From IMG/VR virus record IMGVR_UViG_3300035014_000032, positions 1 to 39,400 of that record: a stretch of 39,400 nucleotides of DNA; one strand, 5' to 3'. Positions 17,864 through 27,200 of this stretch are shown here, piece by piece. The DNA is from a virus. Taxonomy: Duplodnaviria; Caudoviricetes. Position 1 is the stretch's first letter, and each line of letters opens with the position of its first letter. The notes under the pieces are model-generated. The model searched no databases, was not told the DNA's origin, and worked only from the letters and a program-made list of their open reading frames with translations. The translations under genes were made by a program, and so were the position numbers.

Positions 17864-18523
17864 ATGCCCAGCGTCATCGACACCTGCAATGAGGCGCTTG
17901 CGGAGATCGGCGCTGGTTCGATCGCCGCGCTGACAGAGCCCAGCATCGAGGCTGCGGCCTGCAAACGCTTCTATCAGTCCTGCGTCCGCGACATGATTGA
18001 GATGCACGATTGGGGCTTTGCCAAGCGCCGCACGCTGCTCGCCCGGATCATCAACGATCGTCCGCACGAATGGCTCTATTCCTACGCCAAGCCGGCGGAC
18101 GTGGGGTCGCTGGTGGCGATCGTTCCGTCAGACGGGCGCATGGTCGAGGGCTTAGGCCCGCTGCGCTACGCTGAGGAGGCGGGCGCCATCTATACCAACG
18201 TCGCACGCGCGATGCTGGAATATACCACCCAGGCGGTCGAGCCGGGCGATATGCCAGCGCTGTTCCGCCGGGCGCTCGTCTATGAGCTTGCTTCGCGCCT
18301 CGCCATGCCGGTCATGAAGGATCGGAAGACTAAGGGCGACATGATCCAGCTATCCACCGCGGCGCGGCGGGAGGCCATGGCGGATGACCTCAATCGCAAC
18401 CCGCGCCAGCAGGTGCGGTACATGGACGAGATCACGCGCTCGCGGCTGGGCATCCCGGAGGGTGAAGCTGTACAGCTGTTCGAGCCGATGGCGGAAATCG
18501 TCATCACGATCAACGACGACTGA
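17864..18523 (+). CDS. Tail adaptor (tail tubular protein A, T7 gp11-like)
   Basis: CNEALAEIG...HDWGFAKRR...WLYSYAKPAD...LFRRALVYELASRLA. Confidence 0.85.
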   Translation: MPSVIDTCNEALAEIGAGSIAALTEPSIEAAACKRFYQSCVRDMIEMHDWGFAKRRTLLARIINDRPHEWLYSYAKPADVGSLVAIVPSDGRMVEGLGPLRYAEEAGAIYTNVARAMLEYTTQAVEPGDMPALFRRALVYELASRLAMPVMKDRKTKGDMIQLSTAARREAMADDLNRNPRQQVRYMDEITRSRLGIPEGEAVQLFEPMAEIVITINDD

Positions 18524-19173
18524 TGCGCGTCCCGCAAACCAACTTCGCCAAGGGCGAGATCGCGCCGGAGCTGTATGCCCGCTTCGATGTTGCTGCCTAT
18601 GCCTCGGCGGCGAAGCGAGCGCGCAACGTCCGTGTGATGAAATACGGTGGGCTGACGAAGCGCATGGGAACGCGCCTTGTGGCCGAAGTTGCCGATGCCA
18701 GTCAGCCGGTGCGGCTGTTGCCCTTCCAGTTCTCGCTTGAGCAGACCTATGCGCTGGAAATGGGGCAGGGCTACATGCGCGCCGCGGCGAACGGTGGCAT
18801 GGTGCTGGAGGAGGACCTTGCGATCACCGGTATCACCTCAGCGTCTCAGGCTGTGGTGGCATCCGCCTATCACGGTTTCGCGGTAGGCGATCAGGTCTAT
18901 CTCACGGGCGGGCTCGGCGAGATGGGCGAGCTGCTCAACCATCGCTTCTGGAAGGTCGTATCGGTCCCTGATGCCGGGCACTACACGATCAACGCAGACA
19001 CGCGCGCTGTCGCCTTCTCGGGCTGGGAGGGAGGCATCACGCGCACCGCGCCTCCTGATCCGCCTGAGCCTGATCCCGTGGTTCCTCCGCCGGTAACGCC
19101 TCCCCTCCCGCCTGTTGTGGGCGGTGGTGGGAGCGGCACGGGAACGCGCAATCCGAACGAGCAGATCCCCTGA
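18523..19173 (+). CDS. Tail nozzle (tubular protein B), N-terminal part
   Basis: QTNFAKGEIAPELYAR...GGLTKRMGT...RLLPFQFS...YALEMGQGYMR; E1-FCCH-like insert; Pro-rich tail. Confidence 0.85.
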   Translation: MRVPQTNFAKGEIAPELYARFDVAAYASAAKRARNVRVMKYGGLTKRMGTRLVAEVADASQPVRLLPFQFSLEQTYALEMGQGYMRAAANGGMVLEEDLAITGITSASQAVVASAYHGFAVGDQVYLTGGLGEMGELLNHRFWKVVSVPDAGHYTINADTRAVAFSGWEGGITRTAPPDPPEPDPVVPPPVTPPLPPVVGGGGSGTGTRNPNEQIP

Positions 19174-20966
19174 TGGGCGGCGCGCGGATCTATCGTGTCG
19201 GCACGCCCTATAACGGCGTCGAGCTTGACGAGGTGGATGTCGAGCAGACTGCCGATGTCATGTATATGGCGCATATCGACCACGCGGTGACGAAGCTGCA
19301 ACGCTTCGGCCATACAGACTGGCGGTTCTCTTCGGTGACATTCGGCCCGACGCTGGCCTCTCCTGGCGGTGTGAGTGCAACGGCGACCACCCCGAATACC
19401 GACGCGGAGAATGAGGGCGCGGCCTATTTCGCGCAGCCGGCCAGCTACGTCGTGACGGCGATCAACGACGACACCGGGCAGGAATCGCGCCCGTCGTCCG
19501 CGGCGAGCGCTACCAACGATCTGACGCTGAAGCGCAACTATAACACGGTGGCATGGTCGGCGGTCACAGGCGCGCATCGCTATCGGATTTACAAGTCGGA
19601 CAACACCCAGGATTTTGGCTATCTCGGCACGACTGACGAACTGTCGTTCGTTGACGACAATATCGGGCCGGCGCTGGATCAGGGGCCGCCGGTGGGTGAG
19701 AACCCGTTTAGCGGGCCGGGTAACTATCCTTCGACGGTGACGCTGTTTGAGCAGCGCTTGGTGCTGGCGCGCACGAAGAACCAGCCGAACGCGATCTTCG
19801 CCTCCCGCTCGGCAGACTTCGAGAATTTCGACACCTCTCGCCCGCTGCGGGATGATGACGCACTATCGATCGGGGTTGTCGCTGGCCGGGTCAACGCCAT
19901 CAACCAGATGGTGTCGATCTCGAACCTTCTGGCGCTCTCATCAGATGCCGTGTTCAAGATCGATGGGGCGACCGATGGCGGATATCTGACCGCCACCCAG
20001 ACGCGCGCCCGGCGTCAGATCGGGCGGGGTTCGTCGCGCCTGTCGCCGATCGTCGTTGACAATGTGGTGTTTTACCGGCCGGCGACAGGCTCAAGTGTTC
20101 GGGCGATCGGCTATTCGTTCGAGCAGGACGGATTCAAGGCGGATGATGTCACGATCTTCTCGCCTCACTTCTTCCGATACTTCGACATTACGTCCTGGGC
20201 TTATGCGCAGGAGCCGGACTCGCTGATCTGGGCCGTTCGATCGGATGGAAAGCTCCTGTGCTTCACATGGGAGCAGGAACAGCAGGTCTGGGGGTGGACG
20301 CTTTGCGAGACAGACGGACGCGTGGAAAGCGTCTGCGTGATCTCGGAGCATGGCGAGGATCGCCTATACCTGACTGTCTGGCGCACGATCCAGGGCGTGG
20401 AGCGGCTCTTTATCGAGCGCATGGCGTCAACGCTCTGGGGTAGCGCTGCCGACGCCTGCTATCTCGATTGCGCTGTCTCCTATGCCTATGACGAGCCGCA
20501 GGCGACATTCGCTCGTCTAGGCCACCTGGAGGGGCGGACGGTCAACGCGCTGGCAGACGGCGCAGTCGTGCGCGGCCTGGTGGTCCAAAACGGGGAGGTC
20601 ACGCTTCCGCCGGCGGTGGGCAAGGCACGAAAGGTCACGATCGGCCTACCTTACGTTTCGACCGTCGAGACGCTGCCGCTGGTGTTGGGCGGGGACGCGG
20701 CGGGAAGGCGGCAGACGCTCGGGCAGGCAGTGCTTCGTCTGGTAGATTCCAGCCAGGTCATGGCTGGGCCAACCGAGGATAAGCTGTACCTGATCAAGCA
20801 GCGCCGAGAAGACGCCTATGGCAGTCCCGACGCGCTGATGAACGGCGACTATCTGATCAGCAGCGAAAGCCATGTGTCGGGGCAAACGTCCATGGTGATC
20901 CAGCAGGATGCGCCGTTGCCGCTGACGCTGACAGGGGTTTGGCTTGAGCCTGTCGTCGGCTCTTGA
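19173..20966 (+). CDS. Tail nozzle (tubular protein B), C-terminal part
   Basis: TPY...EQTADVMYMAH, YPSTVTLFEQRL, EQQVWGW, GHLEGRTV, QDAPLPLT. Confidence 0.85.
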   Translation: MGGARIYRVGTPYNGVELDEVDVEQTADVMYMAHIDHAVTKLQRFGHTDWRFSSVTFGPTLASPGGVSATATTPNTDAENEGAAYFAQPASYVVTAINDDTGQESRPSSAASATNDLTLKRNYNTVAWSAVTGAHRYRIYKSDNTQDFGYLGTTDELSFVDDNIGPALDQGPPVGENPFSGPGNYPSTVTLFEQRLVLARTKNQPNAIFASRSADFENFDTSRPLRDDDALSIGVVAGRVNAINQMVSISNLLALSSDAVFKIDGATDGGYLTATQTRARRQIGRGSSRLSPIVVDNVVFYRPATGSSVRAIGYSFEQDGFKADDVTIFSPHFFRYFDITSWAYAQEPDSLIWAVRSDGKLLCFTWEQEQQVWGWTLCETDGRVESVCVISEHGEDRLYLTVWRTIQGVERLFIERMASTLWGSAADACYLDCAVSYAYDEPQATFARLGHLEGRTVNALADGAVVRGLVVQNGEVTLPPAVGKARKVTIGLPYVSTVETLPLVLGGDAAGRRQTLGQAVLRLVDSSQVMAGPTEDKLYLIKQRREDAYGSPDALMNGDYLISSESHVSGQTSMVIQQDAPLPLTLTGVWLEPVVGS

Positions 20967-21414
20967 GATCCGGCCGGCTCGCCTCGTTCATATCGGGCCG
21001 ATCGCCAACCGGATGCGCGAGCAGGACAGGGTCGAAGTCGGAGCGCTGGGGCACAGTCCTCGCGAAGCGCTGCGGACCGGGTTGGTCTCCGGCAATGCGT
21101 GGACGGTGCTAGTCGAGGGGCGGCCGGAGGCGATGTTCGGCCTCGTCGTGACAAGTGCGATCGAGGGGCGGGGCACGCCGTGGATGCTCGGCACTGATGC
21201 CATCTATCGCCATCCCCGGCAGATGATCCGACTTGCTCCCCGCGTGATGCAATGGGCTTTCGATTCATGTCGGCGGCTCGACAACCTAGTGTCTGCGGCG
21301 AACCATCGCGCGATCCGCCTGTTGCGGCGCTGGGGGTTCACGGTCGAGGGTGAGGCGGTGATGATCGGCGACGTGGCTTTCCTGCCGTTCTGGATGGAGC
21401 GAGGCGATGTGTGA
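20944..21414 (+). CDS. GNAT-fold virion assembly protein (T7 gp13-like)
   Basis: MREQDRVEV...PWMLGTD...NLVSAANHRAIRLLRRWGF; position after the nozzle. Confidence 0.75.
   Translation: MSLSSALEIRPARLVHIGPIANRMREQDRVEVGALGHSPREALRTGLVSGNAWTVLVEGRPEAMFGLVVTSAIEGRGTPWMLGTDAIYRHPRQMIRLAPRVMQWAFDSCRRLDNLVSAANHRAIRLLRRWGFTVEGEAVMIGDVAFLPFWMERGDV
21259..21292 (+). promoter_or_regulatory. Late promoter 5 (intragenic, before small ejection protein)
   Basis: TTCGATTCATG-N17-TAGTGT. Confidence 0.6.
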
Positions 21415-21901
21415 ACCTGGAACGCTGATCGTCGCCAGCACGGCTGCGGCTGCGGCGGGCAAGGGCGTCTCGGCGCTGAATGCGGCTGCCGGGCAACGCT
21501 ACGCTTCCCGGATCGCGACTCGCAACGCGCAGCTTGCCAATGAACAGGCGCGTGACGCGCAGGCGGCGAACCGGCTTGAGGCGCAGCGGCTGTATCGCAA
21601 GGCTGGCCAGGTCGCCGGGCAGCAGAATGCGGCCATGGCGGCGAACGGCATTGATCTGGGCTTCGGCTCGGCGCTCCAGGTGCAGGGCGATACGGCCATG
21701 CTGGTCGGCGAGGACGCGACCCAGCTCTATCGCAAAGGCTTCGAGGAAACGCGTGGGTTCGAGATCGATGCGCTCAATCAACGCGCGGAGGCGGCAGGAC
21801 GGAAGCGAGCGGCGACGGCTGCGCTGGTCGAGGGTGCGTTCGATGTGGGTAGCACGATCCTCGGCGGGGCGAAACAATACGACCAATACAAGCGGAACTA
21901 G
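21407..21901 (+). CDS. Small internal virion/ejection protein (T7 gp14-like)
   Basis: MCEP start, Ala/Gln-rich, AAMAANGIDLGFGSA. Confidence 0.8.
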   Translation: MCEPGTLIVASTAAAAAGKGVSALNAAAGQRYASRIATRNAQLANEQARDAQAANRLEAQRLYRKAGQVAGQQNAAMAANGIDLGFGSALQVQGDTAMLVGEDATQLYRKGFEETRGFEIDALNQRAEAAGRKRAATAALVEGAFDVGSTILGGAKQYDQYKRN

Positions 21902-22122
21902 TCCGGGGAGCGACCTCTCCCAAACTTATCCATGACTGCGGCGATAAGGCCGACGAACACACCTGAGGTTAAAACGACGAGTGCCGTGGCGATAACTTGG
22001 ATGGGGTTTAAACCGGGATGATCGCGACCGTGGTATGCGTCATTGGCCCAGATCAGCGCTTCAAGCGCGGCCATGATGATGGCGCCGAATGCAAAGCCCC
22101 TGCGGAAGCTGCGGCCAAACAT
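21898..22122 (-). CDS. Antisense two-helix membrane protein (moron-like)
   Basis: AAGGGG SD; two hydrophobic segments; fills the gap between two plus-strand genes and shares a CTAG stop overlap. Confidence 0.7.
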   Translation of the reverse strand: MFGRSFRRGFAFGAIIMAALEALIWANDAYHGRDHPGLNPIQVIATALVVLTSGVFVGLIAAVMDKFGRGRSPD

Positions 22123-22131
22123 CAACACCCC

Positions 22132-22165
22132 TTCGATTCAACGCCCACATAGCGGCTGATACGCC
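22132..22165 (+). promoter_or_regulatory. Late promoter 6 (transglycosylase ejection protein, likely leaderless)
   Basis: TTCGATTCAAC-N17-TACGCC-N6-ATG. Confidence 0.8.
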
Positions 22166-22171
22166 GGCAAT

Positions 22172-24277
22172 ATGCCGCGTGTTGCGATCTATGACAATCA
22201 GGTCGGCATTGCCCGCACCACAGACGCCAAGTTCCGCCCCGGCTACGTGGGTGACAGCGGGCTCGGGCGAGGTCTCCAGCGGCTCGGTGCCGGGCTGGGC
22301 GAGGCTGCAGAACAGGAGCAACGCAACCGCCAGCTATTCGCGGAAAGCACGGCCAAGCAGGCGGACGTGCAGGCTGACACCCGCCTTCGCGGCGCGCTCT
22401 ATGAAGGTGAGGGCGGTTTCTACAACCTGAAGGGCGCGGCTGCGATCGATGCGAAGGGCAGGGTCGTGGAGGAGCTGGGCAAGATCCGCTCCGAGACGAT
22501 CGCCTCGCTCAATGATCCGCTTGCTAAACGGCTGTTCGGCGAGGCGTTCGACGCCCGGATGCGCAACGAATATGTCCGCATCGCGCAGCACGAACAGCGG
22601 GAGCTTACCACCTACGGCACGCAGCAGGCTCAGGCGCGGCAGGGGACGGCACGGGACAACGCCCTGTTGCATGTCGATGACCCCGATACGTTCGGGAGCT
22701 TTGTCGCAACGGGCGAGCGGGAGATCGAGGCGGAGGGGCGTCTGAGCGGCTGGGGCGCCGATATGGTCGCGCTTAAGAAGCGGGAGTTCCGATCCGGCAT
22801 CCGCACCGACGCTATCGCAGAGCGGGCCATTTCCGATCCGGTAGGGGCGGCCGCGTACATGGTAACGCACGCCGCTGATCTGACGGCAGAGGATGCGGCC
22901 AAACTCCAGCGGGGGCTTCGTGCGCCGTTGATGGAGCGGCAGGCAGCGGCTGATGTTGATGGGCTGATGAACACCTCGACGGGTGCGATGGTGCCGATCA
23001 CGGCGCCTACGATCACGCCGGGTTCTGGCAATCTGGCGACGCAAATGGTGGCGATTACCGCCTTCTCTGAAAGCCGCAACCGAGAGACGGACCCGAAGAC
23101 CGGCAAGCGCATTACGAGCCCGGCTGGTGCGGAGGGCATCATGCAGGTGATGCCGGGCACGCAGCGCGATCCTGGCTATGGCGTAAAACCTTCCAACGGC
23201 ACCCCGGAGGATGATGCGCGTGTCGGCCGGGATTATCTCGCGGCCATGATGCGGGTCTATAAGGGCGACCCGGCAAAGGCATGGGCGGCCTATAACTGGG
23301 GGCCGGGCAACCTTGATGCTGCGATTGCGCGGCATGGAGATGCCTGGCTGTCTCATGCGCCACCTGAAACGCGCGATTATGTCGCAACCAATGTGGCGGC
23401 GCTCGGCGGCAAGCGGGGCGAGCAGGCAACGTTCGCGCCCCGGCGTGACGACCTTGGCGCGCTCTATGACGCGATCGATCGCCAGCCGTGGGACTATGAG
23501 CGCAAGAAGCTGGCGCGTGAGGAAGTTGATCGCCGTGTCGCGCGGGACGATCGCCTGAAGGCGCGCGATGAGGCGGATGCGAAGGATGCCGCGTACAGCA
23601 CGATCATGGCGCTGGGCGAGGGTTTTACCTCGATCAACCAAATTCCGATGGCGATCCGCAACCGGCTGTCGGTGGAGGCTCAGCGCTCACTCATCGACGA
23701 AGCGGAGCAGAACGCCAAGCCGAAGGCGGTCAAAGCCAACGGCGACAAAGCCATTCAGTTGACCCAACTTGCCGCGCTCAATCCCGAGGCGTTCGTCAAG
23801 ACCGATCTGCGCACCTATCGTCCGTACCTCACGGCAGCGGAATACGCATCGCTGGCGCAAGATCAGGCCAAAATGCAGGCCAAGCCGGAAGAGCGCACAA
23901 ACTATTCTAGCATCAACGCCGCGATCAACTTCTACGGCAAGGATGCCGGGATCAAGGCGAACGACGAGGACGGGCAGGCGATCTTTACCCTGATGCGCAA
24001 CACCCTGAACACGGTGACGGAGGGCAGGCGCCAGCCCACCGACGCGGAGATCAAGGTGGCGTTCGACCAGGCGGTGATGAAGACCGAAGCTCCGGGCCGG
24101 CTGTGGGGCACGCGCGAGGTGCCGCGATACGAGCGCGACGACCTGCCGAAGAACGGGATCGCCGTGCCCGCGTCCGAGCGGACGGCCATCGCCGCACAGC
24201 TGCGGGCGGCTGGTCTGCCGGTCGATGATCAGACGATCGCGCGTATCTATTTCCAACGGCAGGTGGCGCGTAACTGA
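22172..24277 (+). CDS. Internal virion protein with soluble lytic transglycosylase domain
   Basis: FSESRN, SPAGAEGIMQVMPGT, AAYNWGPG, ETRDYV. Confidence 0.88.
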   Translation: MPRVAIYDNQVGIARTTDAKFRPGYVGDSGLGRGLQRLGAGLGEAAEQEQRNRQLFAESTAKQADVQADTRLRGALYEGEGGFYNLKGAAAIDAKGRVVEELGKIRSETIASLNDPLAKRLFGEAFDARMRNEYVRIAQHEQRELTTYGTQQAQARQGTARDNALLHVDDPDTFGSFVATGEREIEAEGRLSGWGADMVALKKREFRSGIRTDAIAERAISDPVGAAAYMVTHAADLTAEDAAKLQRGLRAPLMERQAAADVDGLMNTSTGAMVPITAPTITPGSGNLATQMVAITAFSESRNRETDPKTGKRITSPAGAEGIMQVMPGTQRDPGYGVKPSNGTPEDDARVGRDYLAAMMRVYKGDPAKAWAAYNWGPGNLDAAIARHGDAWLSHAPPETRDYVATNVAALGGKRGEQATFAPRRDDLGALYDAIDRQPWDYERKKLAREEVDRRVARDDRLKARDEADAKDAAYSTIMALGEGFTSINQIPMAIRNRLSVEAQRSLIDEAEQNAKPKAVKANGDKAIQLTQLAALNPEAFVKTDLRTYRPYLTAAEYASLAQDQAKMQAKPEERTNYSSINAAINFYGKDAGIKANDEDGQAIFTLMRNTLNTVTEGRRQPTDAEIKVAFDQAVMKTEAPGRLWGTREVPRYERDDLPKNGIAVPASERTAIAAQLRAAGLPVDDQTIARIYFQRQVARN

Positions 24278-27200
24278 TGGCTGATGATTATAGCCGCGAG
24301 ATTGCGGATCTTGCGTTGCGTCGTGCCGCGCTTTCGCTGGGGGCGAACAAGCCGGCGCCCGATGCTGCCGCCAAGGCTAACCGCGTGGCACGAGCGACGG
24401 GCTTGCCGGTTGCCACGGTCGATGACAACCTCGACACGTTGTCCCGGCAGGTGGAGGTGTCCCGCGCGCAGCATATCATGCGCCGAAACCCAGAACTGGC
24501 AGCATGGGTGGCAGACACCCGCAATGCCGCTGTCGGTTCGGATGATATTGGCGGGCTGGCGCAGAACGCCAAGGCTTGGAGTCGGGCGCGCGAGGGGTCA
24601 CTGACGAACGCGCCCAAGCCGGAAGGCACGCTCTGGAACTCGCTGAAGGGCATCGGGACGGGGTTTGTCGAGACGTTTGCCCGACTGCCGAATGACATTC
24701 AGCGAGTCGGCGCAGACTGGCTGCCGTCGTTTGATCTTGCTGCGCCCGGTACGCCGCGCCTCAAGGACGCCGGGCAGGACAACGCGCGCCGCGCGAGTTT
24801 GCGATCGACAGCCCGCATTGATGCGGCCACCCCCGACTTCAAGTCGAAGACGGCGCGCTACCTCTATGGGGGGGTGTCCTCCCTTGCTCAGACGCTGCCG
24901 GCGGTCGGCGTGGGCGTTTTGACCGGAGGCGTTGGAGGTCTGGCGGCAGCCGGCGCGCAGGCTGCGTTGCCGGCCTATTCCAAGTACCGCGATCGAGGCG
25001 GTACGCGCGGCGAGGCGTTGCTAGGTGGCGCGTTGGAAGGCGGCATCGAGGTTGCCACCGAAAAACTGCCGATGGACTTCCTCGTCAATCGCTTGGGCAA
25101 GCTCGGGGCGGGCAAGTTCATTGCCGGCTATCTCGGGCGGGATATGCCCGGCGAAATGGCTGCCTCGCTGGCGCAGAACGCGATCGATACCGCCATTGCC
25201 AACCCGGACAAGACGTGGGGGGAATACCTCTCGGAACAGCCCGACGCGCTGATGCAGGCGGCTGTGTCATCGCTCATGTCGGGCGCCTTCTTCGCCGGGG
25301 CGGGCAAGGTCGGTCGGCGGTTCGCGCAGGCGGATGCGCGGAATGCCCAGGCGGCAGACGATGCGGACACGCTGACCAAGGCGATGGACAGCGCTGCGGC
25401 GAGCAAGACGCGCGCCCGTGACCCGGAGGCGTTTCAGGATTTCGTCAATCGCTTCACCGAAGGTTCGCGGGTCGAGAATGTCTTTGTCCCAGCCGAGACG
25501 GTCGCGACCTACTTCCAGTCGCAGGATATCGACTATCGCGAGGATGACTTCTGGCGCGATTACGCCGGGCAGATCGAAGAAGGTTTGCAGACCGGGGGCG
25601 ATATCGTCCTGCCGACCGCTGCCGCTGCTGCGCACCTGTCGGGTACGCCGGTATGGGACGCGATCAAGAATGACGCCCGCACCTCACCGGGAGGCCCGTC
25701 GCTGGCGGAGGTGGAAAGTCAGCGCGCCAGCTATGAAGAGACAATGGAGCAGCTTGGCTCACAGATGGCCGAGCAGATGCAGGCGGAGCAGGAAGCTGAT
25801 GCGCCGCGCATGGCGATCTACAACGATATTCGCGACAAGCTGACCAATGCTGGGCACACGCAAGAGTTCGCCGCGATCAATGCCGAACTGGTGGCACAGC
25901 GCTATGCCACGCGCGCGGCACGGCAGGGGCAGTCGCTGACCGGGCAGGAGACGGTGAACATCACCGTCAACGCCGTGCTGCCGGAGAATCTTGCGCCGAT
26001 CGTCGCGAAGGACGCGGGCGACGTGGGCATTCAGAGCGTGATCAACGTCATGCGCCGCGGGCTCGGGGTGAAGTCCGACCGGCTCAAATTCGGGGATAGC
26101 CTGGTCGAGTGGATCTCGAAGAATGGGGGCATCGAGGACAAGGGCGGCGATCTGACCGCGCTGGGCGCTGATGCTTGGCACAAAGGAAAGCCCGGCAAGC
26201 GCAAGCTGATCCGTCCGATGGAAAGCGGACAGAGCTCGTTCATTGCTGGCGCGCGGGACAATGCGAACACGCCCGACGAATTGGCGTTGCGGGCGCAGGA
26301 GGCCGGATACTTCCCGGCAGGCGAGCGGCCGGAGATCGGGCAGCTATTCGAAGCGATTGAAAGCGAGCTGCGCGGTGAGCCGGTCTATGCGCAATATGCA
26401 GGCGGGCTGACCGATGAGGACAACACGCGCGCGGCTGCCGAAGAGTTGATGCAGATCCTGGAGCAGCGCGGGCTTGATCCCGAAAAGGCGACCGATCGCG
26501 AGATCAAGGAGACGTTGCAGCAATACCGACAGGAGCAAGCGGACGCTTACCGCCAGGACGCCGACTTTGGCAGGCGCATGATGGCCGTTGTTTCCGATCG
26601 CTTTCCCGGCGTTAAGCTCGACCTTGGGGGGAATGGCGGCACGATCACGATTTCGCGCATCGAGGTGCCCAGCAGCGACCGCGATAGTGGGGTTGGCTCT
26701 GAAATTATGAAGATGCTGACGGACGCTGCCGACGCCGCGGGCGTCCGTCTCGCCCTGACGCCAAGCGACACTTTCGGTGGTTCGGTCGGGCGGCTCCGTG
26801 AATTTTACAAACGGTTCGGCTTCAAGGAAAACAAAGGGAAAAACCGTTCCTTTACAACGCGTGAAAGCATGGTGCGGAACCCACCGGGGCAGTCGTACGA
26901 CCAAACCTTCGGCGACGGCCCGCGCGGCCAGATCAGCTTCACACAGGGCCGGTCGATCATCGACCTGTTCCAGGAGCGCAACACCTCCACGTTCGCGCAT
27001 GAAATGGGCCATCAGTGGCTGGAGGAATTGCGGCAGGATGCGGAGCGCGACGACGCAACCGATCAGGTCCGCGCTGACTGGCAGACGGTGCAGGACTGGT
27101 TCGCCAGTCGCGGGCATCCGCTGGTCGATGGCAAGATCCCGGTCGACGCGCATGAGCTATGGGCGCGGGGGATCGAGCGCTACCTGATGGAAGGCAAGGC

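Noticed and set aside
20129-20161. CGGATTCAAG as an eighth late promoter
   Set aside because: Lacks the TCGA extension and has no TA at the conserved 18-nt distance.
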